DNA of 64,000 nucleotides, taken from Ginglymostoma cirratum (lineage: Eukaryota). The notes under the pieces were generated by a model. It saw only the letters and a list, made by a program, of their open reading frames with translations. It was not told where the DNA came from and searched no databases. The position numbers and the translations under genes are program-made. The DNA is taken from assembly GCA_024137785.1 (NCBI GenBank), contig JAHRHZ010000271.1:23113915-23177914 (forward strand). The letters are read 5' to 3'. This document shows positions 14,721 through 28,300 of the stretch, in pieces; the first letter of the stretch is position 1, and each line of letters starts with the position of its first letter.

Positions 14721-15514
14721 AAGCTGGACTTTCACTGTGACATGTGGATCAAGTTCAGCATGTTTCTGTTTAAAGTACCTTTTAAATGTTTTGATGTGGG
14801 TCCTGGCTACAAGATGGAAGTGAGGCGATAATCCATGAAAGCTGTACAAACTGTCAAGGAGGCAACTGATTGATTGCCAATGCTAGCTGGTTAGAAGTTC
14901 TGTTTCAGTTCCCTCAGACTTTGACCCAGTTGTCTTATAACGTTTTAGGCCCTCTTGCCTTCAGCAATAGTGACTAAAAGCACCTTCATTAATGGCACCT
15001 GTGCCAAAAATAATTTAAAATTAATAAAAATAACCATTTTGAAGAATTGCTCACTGTAAAGAACAACCAACACATCCTATCATATTATTTGACCAATTGC
15101 AAGCAAGCTTATGAGTCAACACTGTCCATAGAGTCAACTGACTCACTGTCTCCACTAATTTCCCCCATCCTCCCCCTGTATCCATCACTTGCAGCATGGT
15201 ACTTTCTTCATTTTTAATGGGTGTCACTTTTAAAATCATGAGAGTGACATAGAATTATCTGCCAATTTTGGGCTTTACTTCTACTCCAAGAATTTGTAAC
15301 TTTCATACTGGGTTACAGCTCTTGGAACAGCCAAGATGGTTTTTGTTCAACGTTATCACTGAGTTCAAATGTCACTGCTGAATTCATGTTTCCATCATGT
15401 GTGAATTACATCCCACCCTCTTTCCCATACTGGCAGAAATTGGATTGATTGGAAAAATTAACAGTAGCTCAGCATCTGAGGCCTATCTGATGATAAGACA
15501 GAAGAATATAAGTA

Positions 15515-15697
15515 CAGTCAGTTCTGCTATAACATGTTTCTTCAACGCTGATTGGCTTTAATGCGATTGAAAATTTAGAACACTATTTGTAGAACGTGAA
15601 CTTTCCTCGCCTGTATTGGCTATAACACGATTCTGGCCCCCTTAGTTTAAATGGTGCAGTTATTGCGAGAACTATCGCATTATATCAGAACTAACTG
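15515..15697. mobile_element. Tc1/mariner (pogo/Tigger-like) MITE, 183 bp
   Basis: TIRs CAGTCAGTTCTGCTATAA and TTATATCAGAACTAACTG, flanked by TA at 15513-14 and 15698-99. Confidence 0.8.
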
Positions 15698-15699
15698 TA

Positions 15700-17720
15700 G
15701 TTCATTTGGGTAATGAGTCTGCTTCACCATTCACGGTGATCACGGTGATCTGATCACACTCAACTCCACTCTGCTGTCTTTCTCCCATAACCCTCGATTC
15801 CCTGGGAAATCAGTCCATTTCAGTTTTATTATACTTTATGGTTCAACTTCGACAGTGCTTTACAGTAAAAAAAAACCACAGATTTGTGACACTGTAAGAG
15901 AAGAAATTTCTATCATCTCCACCGTAAGTGGGATATCCCTTACTCTGAGATCACGTGCTATGGTTAGAGAGTATCCCAATATAAATAATTTCTCCATATC
16001 TACATCAGGTGCCTTAATGATCTCGTATGTTTCCATACGTTTGCCTCTCATTATTCAAAATTCCAATGGGTACAGGCCCAGCCAACTCAATCTCTCCTCT
16101 TGAGATAAGCCTTTCATAGCTGGTATCAGCCTGATGAATCTTCTTAGGACTGCCTCCAATACAAGTATGCCTTCAGATAAGGGAACCAAAACTGTTCACA
16201 TTATTGCAGGTGTAGTCTGACTAGTCCTCTCTCCCCACCCCCTACTCAAGTGGGACTGTCTGTTGTTTCCAATATGCAATTAGACAAACCATTGTTCTGC
16301 CATTCTCATATTCTGATCACTTAATCTGAACTATCAACATCCTTTGGAGAGCATTCCACACTCCAACACCTCCCCCCTCCCCCCCACCACTGTAGCATAA
16401 ATGCTGCCCCCCTCCAAACTTCACTTTGAATCTAGATGACTCTTCATCAGAGCTAGTGTTAGCTTGCTCTCTCTCCATGGATGCTGCCTGTCCTGCTGTG
16501 ATCTCTAACATTTGTTTTCAGTACAGATTCCAGCAAGTACAGTAACTTGCTCCTATCTAGTCTGACCAATGTCTTATAAAGTTTTAACAAGTCTTCCCTA
16601 CTTTTCTGTTCCACTATCTGCTGAACTTGAATGCTAATATTTTGATTTATGCACAAGAGCCCCCAAATCCATTTGTTTTGCAGCTTTGTGCAGTCTTTCT
16701 CCATTTAAGTAACAGTTATCTCCTCTTCCTGCAAAAATGCATAACCTCACATTTTCACACGTTATATTCTATTTGCCAAATTTCTGTCCACTCATGTAAT
16801 CTATCTATATCCTCTGTATACACTGTTATCCTGATCAGTTGCCATTCCATCTATACATTGTATTATATCCCAGCTCTATCCCAGCTCTTTGGTATTTGAT
16901 CAGTTGACTAATCCGCCATCCGTGCTAAGATAATACACCTAATACTATGGGCACTTAAGTAGCCTAATGTGTGGTACCTTGTTGAAAGCCTTTCAGAAAT
17001 CCAGGTGTCTAATTGTTCCCTGTTACCTGTGCTGCTTGTCAACTCCTCAAAAAATTCTAATACAGTTGTGAGGTACGATTTTAACTTTGCAAGGCCATGC
17101 TGACTCTGCTTGAATATGTTATTTATTTCTAAATGCACTGCTATTACATCCTTTATCATAAACTCTAATGTTTTCCCAGTGACAGATGTTATGCTAACTG
17201 GTCTATAGTTGCTTTGTTTTTATCCCTCTTTTTGAGTAAGGTTGTTACATTAGCAGTTTTCCAATTGTCTAAGACTTTTTCAGAGTCTGAGATTCTTGGA
17301 AGATTACTGCCAGTGCCTATCTCAGCTTCTTTCTTTTGTATCCTAGAATCCAACTCATCGGGTTCAGGGTACCTAACAACCTTTCAGCTCCAGTAGTTTC
17401 CCAATTTAGTTCTTTAGTGATAGCTATTGTATTTATTTCCTTCCATTTGCCCCTTAATTTGGTATTTTTGGAATTCTATTGTTTTCTGTGAAGACTGTTG
17501 CAAAATATTGAACTCCTCTGTCATTTCCTGATTCCCTTTTTTTAAGAACCGATGTTTACTTTGACCCCTGACTTCATTTTATATATTTAAAGAGCTCTTA
17601 CCATCTAGTTTTACATCACTTGCTTCTTTACCCTCATAGTTGATTCTCTGACTTTATTTTCTTTTGATTGTCTTTTGTTGACTCTTAAAACTTTTTCAAT
17701 CAGTTGGTTTACCGCTAATC
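15700..17720 (-). mobile_element. Decayed CR1-type LINE (RT region to 3' tail)
   Basis: Minus ORFs IKDVIAVHLE..SQHGLAKLKSYLTTVLEFFEELT (CR1 RT motif SQHGF..KSCLTNLLEFFE) and LLKLYKTLVR. Many disablements. Confidence 0.85.
16222..16557. mobile_element. Penelope-like short element nested in a CR1 LINE
   Basis: TSD TAGTCTGAC at 16213-16221 and 16558-16566. The minus strand reads AGCT-CTGATGA-AGAGTCATCTAGATTC near 16428-16454. It has the family tail GATGCTGCCTG..CTGCTG...TTCCAGCA. Confidence 0.65.
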
Positions 17721-18286
17721 TTTTGTTTGCTATTTTAGAAGCTTGGAGACAGTGTGAAAAGCCAAACTGCTATCTTAAACTTTTAGTAATTTCCCATCTA
17801 CATATGTTTGCCTAGTTGGCCTATAATTCTCTGATCTCCCACTGTACCTGTTTTTAAATAGCAGTGGGAGGTGTGTGACCTTTCATCCTAAAGGAATGGC
17901 TCCCAAATCGAAGAAATTTTGCCCAATTTCCTAGCAAATTTTTCATCTGCTTCACAAAATCCCTCAGATGGAAACCATCTAGTCCTGTGATTTTTGTCAC
18001 ATCTTGAGCCTTTTTTTGCCATTGCTGTTGTAATAAGGAAAAAAGATTCCTTTGAAGAAAAAGCTGCACATTGTAGCATATTGAGATAAAACCAGCAAGT
18101 AGATACAGTGAGAAGAAATATTGAGAACTCTCAGTAAGTGAGCGAGCTTTTGGTGAGGGAGTTCTCAATGCAACATGAACAGTAAATAACAAAAAGATGT
18201 AATACCTTGTGTTAGCAATGAAAATCATTATATTGTCTGTACTTGTTTACTCTAATTCCTCTTCATTCTTTCTTTTGCATTTTTAG

Positions 18287-18992
18287 GTAAAATTGATTCT
18301 CCTAAAGTACAAGACAAAGGAAAATTGGCTCTCAAAGGAACAACATTACAAAGATCCTCATCTGATGCTAGCCGAGACAGAGTAGGAGAAACACGCAAAC
18401 CTCCATCAGGCATTTCAAGACCTTCTACTGGTGGATCTTTTGGTTACAAGAAGCCTACTACAGGCACAGCAACGGTGATGACTTCCGGTGGAAACACAGC
18501 ATCAGCAACAAAAACTCAGAAATCGACAGGCATCCCTGTGAAACCAACAAACTCCAGGAAAACCAGCCTTGATGTTTCCCAAAACCATGACGGCTTTATG
18601 TCATCAGGAGCGAGGACAGCCGTGCAATATCGTAGCTTACCACGTCCAGCCAAATCAAGTTCTGTTAGCATCACTGGCCGTGGAGGCGTAAATAGGCCTG
18701 TTAGTAGCAACATTGATCCGAGCCTCATTAGCAGCAAGCATGGAGGCATCCCAGTTTCTCGACTGAAAGAACCCTCAAAAATTGGTATGGGGCGAGCAAA
18801 TTCAGTACCAGTGAATCAAACTGATCGCGAGAAAGAGAAGGCAAAAGCAAAGGCAGTCGCTTCTGATTCTGAGTGCACAACTACATCAAGTTCTACAAAG
18901 GCCCCTTCAGCTCCAGAAAGTCACAGTAAGCCGCAAGGAATGCGGCAGCAAAGTTCCAAATTCTCAGAGATGTCTTCTCCAACAGCACAAAG
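18287..18992 (+). CDS. NAV1: NAV1 internal coding exon A (706 nt, phase 1 to phase 2), Ser/Thr/Lys-rich region
   Basis: Pyrimidine tract and TTTTAG acceptor end at 18286; donor is AG|GTAATC. Reads (G)KIDSPKVQDKGKLALKGTTLQRSSSDASRDR...KPPSGISRPSTGGSFGYKKP...QYRSLPRPAKSSS...PVNQTDREKEKAKAKAVA...SPTAQ(R). This matches recalled mammalian NAV1 (KGKLAVKNTGLQRSSSDAGRDR; PVNQTDREKEKAKAKAVA). Confidence 0.95.
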
Positions 18993-19924
18993 GTAATCTG
19001 CAGGGATATTTAGATTCATGTGCCTAGAATAAAAGATGTAGTCATGTATTTCCCATATTGCATGTGTTTACTTAGTGTATTTAAAATACTGAAGGATGAA
19101 CATAACTTCCAGTTACTTGAACCCAAATTGATTCTCATTGTTGTTCTTTGCATGGTTTCTAGTTTTATCTCTGATGGTACTTATCTTGTTCGCTCACTAC
19201 TGTCTAATTTCCAGGTCTTTCTCCAATCCCTTGCACCAGTTGACAGGCTGTCCTTCATTAGAAATGTTTTCCTGTATTTTCCAATTAACTCCATTTTGTA
19301 CTGCAGAAAAGGAGCAAAACCTCGTTGAAGGATCTGCTATGTGAACAACCAAGCCAATCGTTAGTTAATTGATGGTTATTTACTTGTATTGTACTTTCGT
19401 ACTATTGAAACATAGGCAGGGCAAACTGAAAATATCCTCATTTTTGCATTCATTCTTATTTAGTACAGGCAATGCAAGAAATCAAGTGCCAAAAAAAAAA
19501 TTCTGATGAGCTTTTCATCTTTCTTTCCCTAACACATCTACAGCAATGACCATTTGATGTTAATGGTATGACCAGATTTTTATATGCCTGATGTAATTGA
19601 CTACATATATTTTCTTCCATATAGCACTTTTAAAAATATTTCAGTTTGGTTAGATTTGAATAATGAGGGTATTTCTGACCCAATACTCTAGGCACTGCCA
19701 GCCCATAATAGTTAAATGAACAAAACAAGTAAAAACTCATCTCTTGTGGATCGGATTGTAGATGAGATGCGAACCATTGGTCGTTTAAGATTTATTTGTG
19801 ATTGTTCTGAATTGAGCATATTGTGGCCTTCTTCAACAGATACCTTTTAGTCCATGTGTAACACTGTTCTCCATTCCCAGGATGCAGATTTCCTCTGTGG
19901 GACCTTTTTGGAATTATATTTTCA

Positions 19925-21110
19925 TTTGTATTAATTCTTGGGATGTGGGTAGCACTGGTTGGGCAGCAAATTTTGCCTTTTCCGAGTTGCCATTAAAAAT
20001 GGTTTTGGTGAGCTGCTGCCTTGAACTGTTGCAGTTCATTTAGTGTAAGTAAACCCAGCATGACATTAGGGATTCTGGCTCAACAACATTGAAAGAACAT
20101 CGATTATATTTCCAAGTCATTGTGGTGGGGAGGAGGGGAGCTTGTAGGTGGTGGCATTCCCATGTATCTGATTCCATTGTCTGTCTAGATGGTAGTTGTT
20201 TTGGGGTTGGAACATGCTGTCTAAGGAGTCTTGGAGAATTTCTGCATCTTGTAGATGCTCTACACTGTTATCACTGAACATCAGTGGTGGAGGAAGTGGA
20301 TGTTTTGAAGATGCATTGCCAATTCAATGGACTGCTTGTCTTGGATGGTATCAAATTTCTTGAGTGTTATTGGAGTTGAACTCATCTATGTAAGTGGGGA
20401 GTATCCCATCACACTTCTAACTTATGCATTGTAGATGGTGGACGGGCTTCGGGGAGTCAGGTGAATTATTCGTTGCAGGATTCACAGCACCTGACATGCT
20501 GTAGTAGCCACAGTACTTAAATGGCTCTGGCAGTTTCTCCAGAGTTTTCTGTTTGTTTCAGATTTCCAGCATCCACTTTTAGTTTTGCTTTTACTTATAT
20601 GTCTAGTCCAGTATGGTTTGAAGTCAATGGCAACTCCCAGGATGTTAGTAGTGGGGGATTCAGTGATGGCAAACTCATTGAATGTCAAGGGATGATGGTT
20701 AGATTCTTTCTTGATGGAAATAGTCATTTTCTGGCACTTGTGTGGCAGGAATGTTACTGTCCATTTGTCAGCCTAAACCTGGATTTTGTCTGGGTGTTAC
20801 TGTATTTGCGCATGGACTACTATGGTGTTTTGAGGACTTGCAAATGGTGCTGAACATTACAGAGTCATCAGCAAACATTCCCACTTCTGATCTTGAAGGG
20901 AAGGTCATTGAAACAGCTAAAGATGGTTAGGCCGAGGACATAACTCTAAGGGACTCTTGCAAAGATGTCCTGGAGCTGGGGTGACTAACCGTCAACAACC
21001 GCAGCCATTTTCTTTTGTGCCACATAAGACTCCAACCAGTGGAGAGCTTTTTCCCAATTCCCAGTGACTCCAGTTTTGTTAGTGCTCCTTGTTGCCACAC
21101 TCATTCGAAT
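19925..21110 (-). mobile_element. LINE family 1, 3' fragment with RT C-terminal remnant
   Basis: The minus ORF reads MTISIKKESNHHPLTFN...ESPTTNILGVAID...WTRHI, typical of the post-YADD thumb region of CR1/L2-clade RTs. It is frameshifted. Confidence 0.8.
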
Positions 21111-22295
21111 GAGACTAGAAATGTTGCATGAGAGTTTACCACAAAGATCCGCTGAACCAAATGAGCCACTCTGGGAGTTGAGATCGAGCAGGTGAAGTTG
21201 ATGCTACATCAAATAATTTTAATGCACGATATGATGATGATCTATCCAAACACTGGGTTTCCAGATGGTGCAGACATCAGCACATGTAAACTATACAGTC
21301 AAATTGGCTATATACAACTTTGCTATCTGATGTTTTCCAATTTTGTTCTTGTGATATGGGAGTCACTGACACAAACTGTAGCATTTGTGACCCATCCACT
21401 GTTGTTTTTGGTGGGTCTTCATGGACTATTGCACTCTTGTGAAAGTAGTCCCACAATATGGTTAAGCATTTTCAGGCTTTTGATTCAGCAATAATGATGG
21501 AACTTGATTAACTGTTCTGGGCAGTTTGTTTCTTTGGTGCAAACTGTTGATTAATGCTGTTCCCACACAGCTGTTGCCCATGTCCTCTCAGTAGCAGAGG
21601 TCACACATTTGGGAGCTTATGCTGAAGAAATGTTAATCACCACTGGGAATAAAGCAGGCATATACATTCTGCATCACCCATCAATTAAATTCCCGTGTGC
21701 ATACAATGCTGTACAAAACCTTTGAGGAACCCAGTTATTCAATATGTTGTCACCAGAGACTGAACTCTAAGATTTAAACTTGGCACTTGACAGAAGGAAA
21801 ATATGACCATTTTGTATGCTTAATTTTATTTGTTAAAAAAAGGGACAATTTGAACGATAGTACCTGGGCTTAATTAATGTAAGCTTGAAACACAGACCAA
21901 ATTAAACAGGTATGATGCCATGCTGCAAGGGAGCCCAATTTTTAAATTTAATTGAAATGAAGGAAAATCAGACAAGCTTTTCTTTAAACATTTCTCCACC
22001 TGTTTTCATCTCGACAGTGTGCTTTGATAACAGCCCCAGAGTTTCTTACTGCACGGTAGGGGCCCCTTGAGCCTCTTGAGTCCAAGCTGTTATTCTGTTT
22101 GGCACTCAGTACGTCCTAATCCCCTGCTCACTTCATGTGGCTTTCCAAGTTTATTTCCTCTTGTGCATCTAACCAATGCCCTTCTGAAATCATAGATTGG
22201 TTCTGCTACCATTGAACCCATAGGAGGCACATTCCAAGTCATTACATCCAGGCATATAATGAAGTTCTTCCTGTCATACGTCTTGCATTTTTGAA

Positions 22296-22480
22296 ATCCT
22301 GTAGATACTGAAAATCTGAAGTAAGAGCAGCGATAGTTGGATATGCTCTGTAGTTATTACAGGATCTGTGCAGAGAGAAACAGCAAATGATTAAGATGGA
22401 TGATCTTGTTTTGGACATCTGAGTTAACTCTGTTTTTCTCTCCACAGATCTGCTTTTAATTTCTAGCATTTTTGGTCTTA
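22296..22480. mobile_element. Old fold-back Penelope-like remnant
   Basis: Inverted arms GATCTGTGCAGAGAGAAACAG and CTGTTTTTCTCTCCACAGATC, plus a degenerate family tail. Confidence 0.5.
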
Positions 22481-23959
22481 TTAGTTTGTGTTTTCCGATT
22501 TTAAGATGTGCAGTTGTTCACCTTTAATTCCTTTGCATTAGACAAGGTGGCATTTTAAGTTTCAACATCTTCCTACTCCGTTAGTAATGTTGGCTTGTCT
22601 GAAACGTATTAGTAATCTTGACATTCAGCATCGCTAAAAGTATTGATTTTCCCTTGACCTCAGCTTTAAAAGAAACTTCACTTAAATTAGAAAATGTAAT
22701 ACTTTTTATTTTAAATTTAATGGTGACTGAAATGTTGAAATGGAATATGACAACTTAGCTTATGCAGGAGCTGCAATCACTGAAGCTGAGGATCAAAGGC
22801 TGGCCAAAAGAAAATTGGAACAGATGAGTGTGGAGAGAAGAAATGCACAGATGATAGCTTCCAAAGTAGTTGGGTTGCGGGACAGACAGGGAGGGGGGCC
22901 AAGTTGGAGAGGGCAGTCTTTGTGATGGACAGACTGTGAGGTTGAAAACTCAGACTGAGGACATTTGAGGTTCTGAGCGGACTGAACCAACTTAAGACAG
23001 CAGCTGAAAAGATTAATCGAAGTACAGGTAAAGTTAGAGCTTTTGATGACTATGCCTTTAATCATCCCGATGGTTGAATGGAGGAAAGTACAGCTATTCC
23101 AAGATGAAATGTAATGGAAACAATTTAACAATGGACGCATGGGATGGTTGAGAGAGGTGGAACTGGGTGCCCTCCAATGGATATATCAGATTCTCCAGCA
23201 TTGGCAGTTCCCACTATCTATAGAATCTGATATTGTCTTTGGATATTGTTGCCATGGTGTATCCAATAGATATTGATGAGGAGAATGCCCAAATCTTCAG
23301 GACTCCACAGGTAATGGTGTGGCAGTGGAAGAAAAGACATTGCTTGAAATTCTTTGATAAAGTCTGTTAGGAAAGAAAACAGGCAGACGAAGTCAGCCCT
23401 GCTGAATTGAATAATAAAGAACAAAAATTCAGAAGATGATAATTTGACAGTTGAAGTGCCATATGATCATATGAAGAGAATTTTGGTCTTGCTTTTTCTT
23501 TTTTGGTAAATGAAAATGGGAATGAATTTCTGGTTGAGCTGAACTTCTGGTGTAAATGTTGCACCAATCTGCAAATTGGAACCCACAATTTCAAAGATTG
23601 GCTGATTGAAACAAATGTGTGCACCTTGTACAGGAAGTGCAGGGTGCTGAGGCTGTTTGTTGAATGTGAATTGATATTCACCCACAAATGGGCAGAGCTG
23701 TAGTGCCATGCATGCACCTGCTATTCCAAATTTTAGGAGTACCAGCCAGTCGTTAACTAAAACATTGACAGAGACTGCTCAAAAATGGTACAGAGCACTT
23801 TGTACAAGTTAGAACGCTGTGGAGTGAGGAGAAGTGGGAGCATACTTCCACATTGGTCAAACATATTTGGGTCTACTTCTGTTCCAGGTTGACCCACTTA
23901 CACATTGCATCACCATGAACAACTTACTTCAGCATTTATAAAATCCAAATCCATTTTTT

Positions 23960-25125
23960 AAATTCCTTCATTATTTTATGGTCCAGCATTTATTGCCCAC
24001 CCCTCGCCACTCTTGAGAAAGTGACGGTGACCTGTCCTCTGGAACTGCTGCAGGTTATAGAGTCCCTACAGTATGGAAACAGGCCATTTGGCCCAACAAG
24101 TTCACACTGCCCCACCGAAGACTTTCCCGCTGAGACCCATTCCTCATGTCTAACCCACCTAACCTAAATATCCTTGGACAATATGGGCAATTTAGCATGA
24201 CTAATCCACCTACTCTGCACATTTTTGGACTGTGGGGGGAAACCGGAGCACCCAAAGGAAACTTGTGCAGAAACGGGGAGAATGTACAAACTCCACACAG
24301 ACAGTTGCCCGAGGGTGGAATCAAACCTGGGTCCCTGGTGCTGTGAGGCAGCAATGCCAACCACTGAGCTACTGTATCACCAATTTGACCCAGAAGACCT
24401 TTAGGAAGGGAATTGAACTAGGATTTTGAACTAGGTGACAGTGAAGGAATGGCGATATACTTCCAAGTCAGGATGGTGAGTGGCTTGGAGGGGAGCCTGC
24501 ATCAGAGGGAATGAATGCTTGTGGATGCAGTGCTAATCATTTGGGCTGCTTTGTCCTGGATGCTGGCAAGCTCTTGAGTGTTGTTGGAGCTGCAGCCATT
24601 CAGACAAGTGCAGAATATTCCATGACACTGTTGACTTGTGCCTGGTGAACAGGCTTTGGAGAGGCAGGAGGTGAGTTACTTGTGGCAATAGTCCTAGCCT
24701 CTGACCTGTTGTTGTAGCCACTTTGTTTATGCAGTGAATCAAGTTGAATTGCTGGTCTATGGTAACCCCTAGATTGTTGATAGTGGGGGGCTTCAATGAT
24801 AACACCATTGAAATTCAGGGGCTGGTGGTTAGAGTGTCTCGTATTGGAGATGGTCATTGTCTAGAGTTTGTGTCGTATGAATGTTATTTGCCACTTGTCA
24901 GCCCAAGTCTGGATGTCGGCCAGCTGCGAACATTGTACAATTTTTAGTGAACATCCCCGCTTCTGACCTTGTGATGGAGGGAAAATCATCAATGAAGCAG
25001 CTGATGATATTTGGGCCTAGCGCAGTACCCTGAGGAACTTCTTTAGAGATGTCATGGAGCTGAGATGACTGACCTCCATCTTCCTATGTGCCTGATATGA
25101 CTCCAGCCAGTGAAGAGATTGCCCC
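23960..25125 (-). mobile_element. LINE family 1 fragment interrupted by an HE1-like SINE
   Basis: Minus ORFs MTISNTRHSNHQPLNFNG and PTINNLGVTIDQQFN parallel the copy at 20482-20727. Confidence 0.8.
24056..24381 (-). mobile_element. HE1-like tRNA-derived SINE
   Basis: Minus-strand head GGTGATACAGTAGCTCAGTGGTTGGCATTGCTGCCTCACAGCACCAGGGACCCAGGTTTGATTCC with A and B boxes. The body is V-SINE-like (GTCTGTGTGGAGTTTG), and the CR1-type tail is GGCCTGTTTCCATACTGTAGGGACTCTAT. Confidence 0.85.
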
Positions 25126-25274
25126 CAATAGCTATCATCATCAAATGAGTTACATTTGAGTGTTGATGTAATTTTTAATTTGTGATATAAAGGTGGATCA
25201 TTTTTGAATTTATGATGTTTAACTTCAATTGTGTGTGAACATATCTGAATACTGATTAAAATAATTTATAAAAT

Positions 25275-25342
25275 ACCTCTGGGTAAGGCTTGAATCTGGA
25301 CCTTCTGGGCCAGAGGCAGGGACACTACCATTGTGCCACACT
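25275..25342 (-). mobile_element. Isolated tRNA-derived SINE head
   Basis: Minus strand TGGCACAATGGTAGTGTCCCTGCCTCTGGCCCAGAAGGTCCAGATTCAAGCC has A/B-box-like motifs. Confidence 0.55.
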
Positions 25343-28300
25343 GCATTGTTGTATATAACTATAGTGGTTTGTGAGTTAAACTTCTAATTGTACACTTCTG
25401 GTGACATGCGATACACTTCAAACTGTGATGTGTCTGTACATTTATGAGCTAATAGTGATTTCATGCTGTTGAAAGCTTAATTGACCTAATTGAATTGGCT
25501 TTTTGGTAGAAATAATTGTATTATGCTGTTGAGGTTGGATGTTTAAATTAATGGATTTCTGGCATAAAAATTAGTGTGTGAACAGAGTATGATCACTTAA
25601 TGTACTTGGCTGAAATTTTTCTCAGCACCATTTATTGCAGATCAGCTCTGAATAGTAGAGGAAGCAATTTCTGATTAATGTGTTAACTGCAATGGTGTAC
25701 CCTCTGTTTGGCTGCAAATGGGATTAGTAAGGAAATGTGTGCATAAAGTTATAGTTAGCGGTAAGTGTTTGGCGTAGAATATTGTGGTCAGTTTTCACCC
25801 TTGGGTCAGATGAAAGAAAGCTTTCCCTAAGATGCTCCCTGTATTGTTGCTTTTCAGGAATGCCTGCAGCCTTAAGTGCTAACCAGACATTTTAACAAGG
25901 CAGGGTATTGCAGTTCCCTGAATCAGGGACTCTAAGGATGGCAGCCCTGTCTATTGACAGCTGGCAGCTGTTCACTAGCTTGGTGGTGCCACTGGAAACT
26001 GGTGACTGATATTGGTTCTATGCCCACTGGAAGGCCAGCTTGCTGTCTCCCCAGGAGCAGGTGAAACATGATGGTAGGAGAGCTGGAGACATAGTGTGGA
26101 GGGGAAATAGTCGTCAGCAGCGAGATCTGAGGGGTTGTTTTCCAAAGCTGTGATCTTCGATTTGGCAGTGAGGGCTTTGTAATTCAAGCTGCCAACTAGG
26201 CGAGTGCTTCACCCCCACCACCACCTCCTTCCCTCCCCTGGCTGGTAATTACTGATGATTAATTGCTCATAAAAGGACCTCAATTGCCATTGGAGTAGAA
26301 AGGCTGTGGAGTATGGCAGGCTTTCCCACAATAGGCTTCATTGGGGCAGGGGTGGGAAAATGGTTGGGTTGCCAACTGCCATGCTGTCTCTATTAAAAGC
26401 CACCCATGCCACTAGACTCCCCATGAGAGAGGGCACAAAGTCACTATTTGTAAAGTCAGTGCTCCTGTTTTGTTTCTCAACTTGTCCTGTCACCTTCAAA
26501 CCTTTAAACTATACTCCAAAGCTTCTTGTTCACTTCACCCCTTTTTATTCTGTGCCATTTTCACTTATTTAGCTACTCATCATTTTTACTAATGCATATC
26601 ATTTCATTCTGTCATTTGTTCATTTCACCAGTCTACATAGTGACAAAATTTGTTGCAATCTCCTCACTGTTTCCTACGTTCCCAAGTTTTGGACCATCTG
26701 TGAATGTGAAAACTATGCCCTGTCTGATCATTAATATCTTTTGAAAGAAACTGTGGTCCGAATATTAGCCCCTGGAAGAACCAGCTGCACATTTTCCTCT
26801 GGTTTAGAGAGCAATCCATCACCATTAGTCACTACTCCTGTCTTTTAGCCAACTTTGTATTGATGCTGCCACTGCCCCTTTTGTCCTAAGGACTTTGATT
26901 TTGCTAAAGTTTTCCTTTTTTATATTGTACTTTGTGGAAGGTATCTCTGTGTAGTCCATGTACAGAATATAAACCACATTTCCATCACCAATGTGTGTTC
27001 GTGGTTTCAGACTAAAATCATGGGTATTTGAAATTGAAACACCATTCTGTGTAGAAATGCATTTCAGATTTCTTTTTACATAAACAGTGCATATGAATTT
27101 TAAAATACTCGAGTGTAAATTATGAATATGCAATGTTTTTATTAAAGCCGACAATATTCAGTACAGTGCAGCCTAATTGCTGAATTGTATTTTCTGTGAA
27201 AGTTCTTGCGTTGTAAGCTTGTCCTTTAGTAATGTAAAATGATGTAAGCGGAAAATTCCCATGTTCTATTACATCCCTTAAATAATATTTGATTTTCCTG
27301 TAGACTGTAGTTTTTCCCTTGTGTTCCTTTGGCACAGTTTTCGTTTTAGACATCCAAGTAAGAACACGTAAAATATGGAAACAATTAAACTGTTATACTC
27401 AGTTGCTCCAAGATTTGCTTGTAAATGGGCAAGGGAAAATCGGAAACAAATGGAAAGTAAGCACAAAAGGCCCAAGGTCCATAAACTACCCAAGAAAATG
27501 GAAAGCATTTAAAATATTTTCTTCCCCTAAAACTTAACACATCAGCAGCTCAGCCCTGAAGAGTGGGTTCAGTGACCACAATACAGAACTAACTCTTGGA
27601 CTATCGAATGAAATGCAGGAAGGACAGCATCTTCACGCTGCCTCTCAATATGATTTCCATATACAGCCAGCTGTAAATCCAATGTTGACTGGCTGCATAA
27701 GTGCTACCACTTAAAGCTAGATTGTACTTCTTGTGTGGGAGATGCATTTGGTTAGTGTGAATGCTGTGAGGCCTGTGGGAGGAGGAGTAAAGTTGGACAA
27801 GGGAGTGAACGTGTCTTGTGGCTTCCAGTAGTAACAGGGGTCGCCTTGGCGGGTCAGTAACCAAACTATACATACTTGGCAATCACTTTTAAATGGGGAT
27901 TGTCTTTTTTTGCACCTAATTTCACATAGATCAAGACACATTCAGAGGAGATCAGCTGGATTCTTGAGCTGCAAAAAAACACTTCCACTAAATTGCTGTG
28001 AACTTCATGGTCTCCCCACTGTACCTAAGTCTTGCAGACATTCCCAGTATCTGCATTAATGCCTGCATGGAGATTGTATCTGGTACCTCCCTGGATGTCA
28101 ATTTCAAGTTCCACTGACAGTGTTAGTGCCAAAAAAAAAAGAACAGGGCCATTAAAGCTCAATTTCTCATCCCTTGCCCTTTCATCTCAACATTACTGCC
28201 CCTGCACTATGACACAGAGAAAAATTGTGCAAGTCTGATCTTAAATTCATTGCTAAAACTTTAGCCAAGCAAGATGAAAATCACTTAATTGCCTCCTGAG

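Noticed and set aside
1-18286. Additional upstream NAV1 exon
   Set aside because: I found no segment resembling the preceding navigator exon. It probably lies upstream of the window, though a small exon or one in the gap cannot be excluded.
18516-18749. Antisense ORFs over exons (also 34031-34315 and 55237-55428)
   Set aside because: They are shadows of the coding strand with no independent support.
18325-18996. 223-aa ORF as a standalone gene
   Set aside because: Its TTG start is an internal Leu codon and its stop lies in the intron; it is NAV1 exon A. ORFs 34182-34670 and 55260-55559 are likewise exons B and E read into the intron.
24300-24381. tRNA gene (also considered at 25275, 43218 and ~60870)
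   Set aside because: A/B-box-like motifs are present, but there is no convincing cloverleaf and the sequence continues into SINE bodies.
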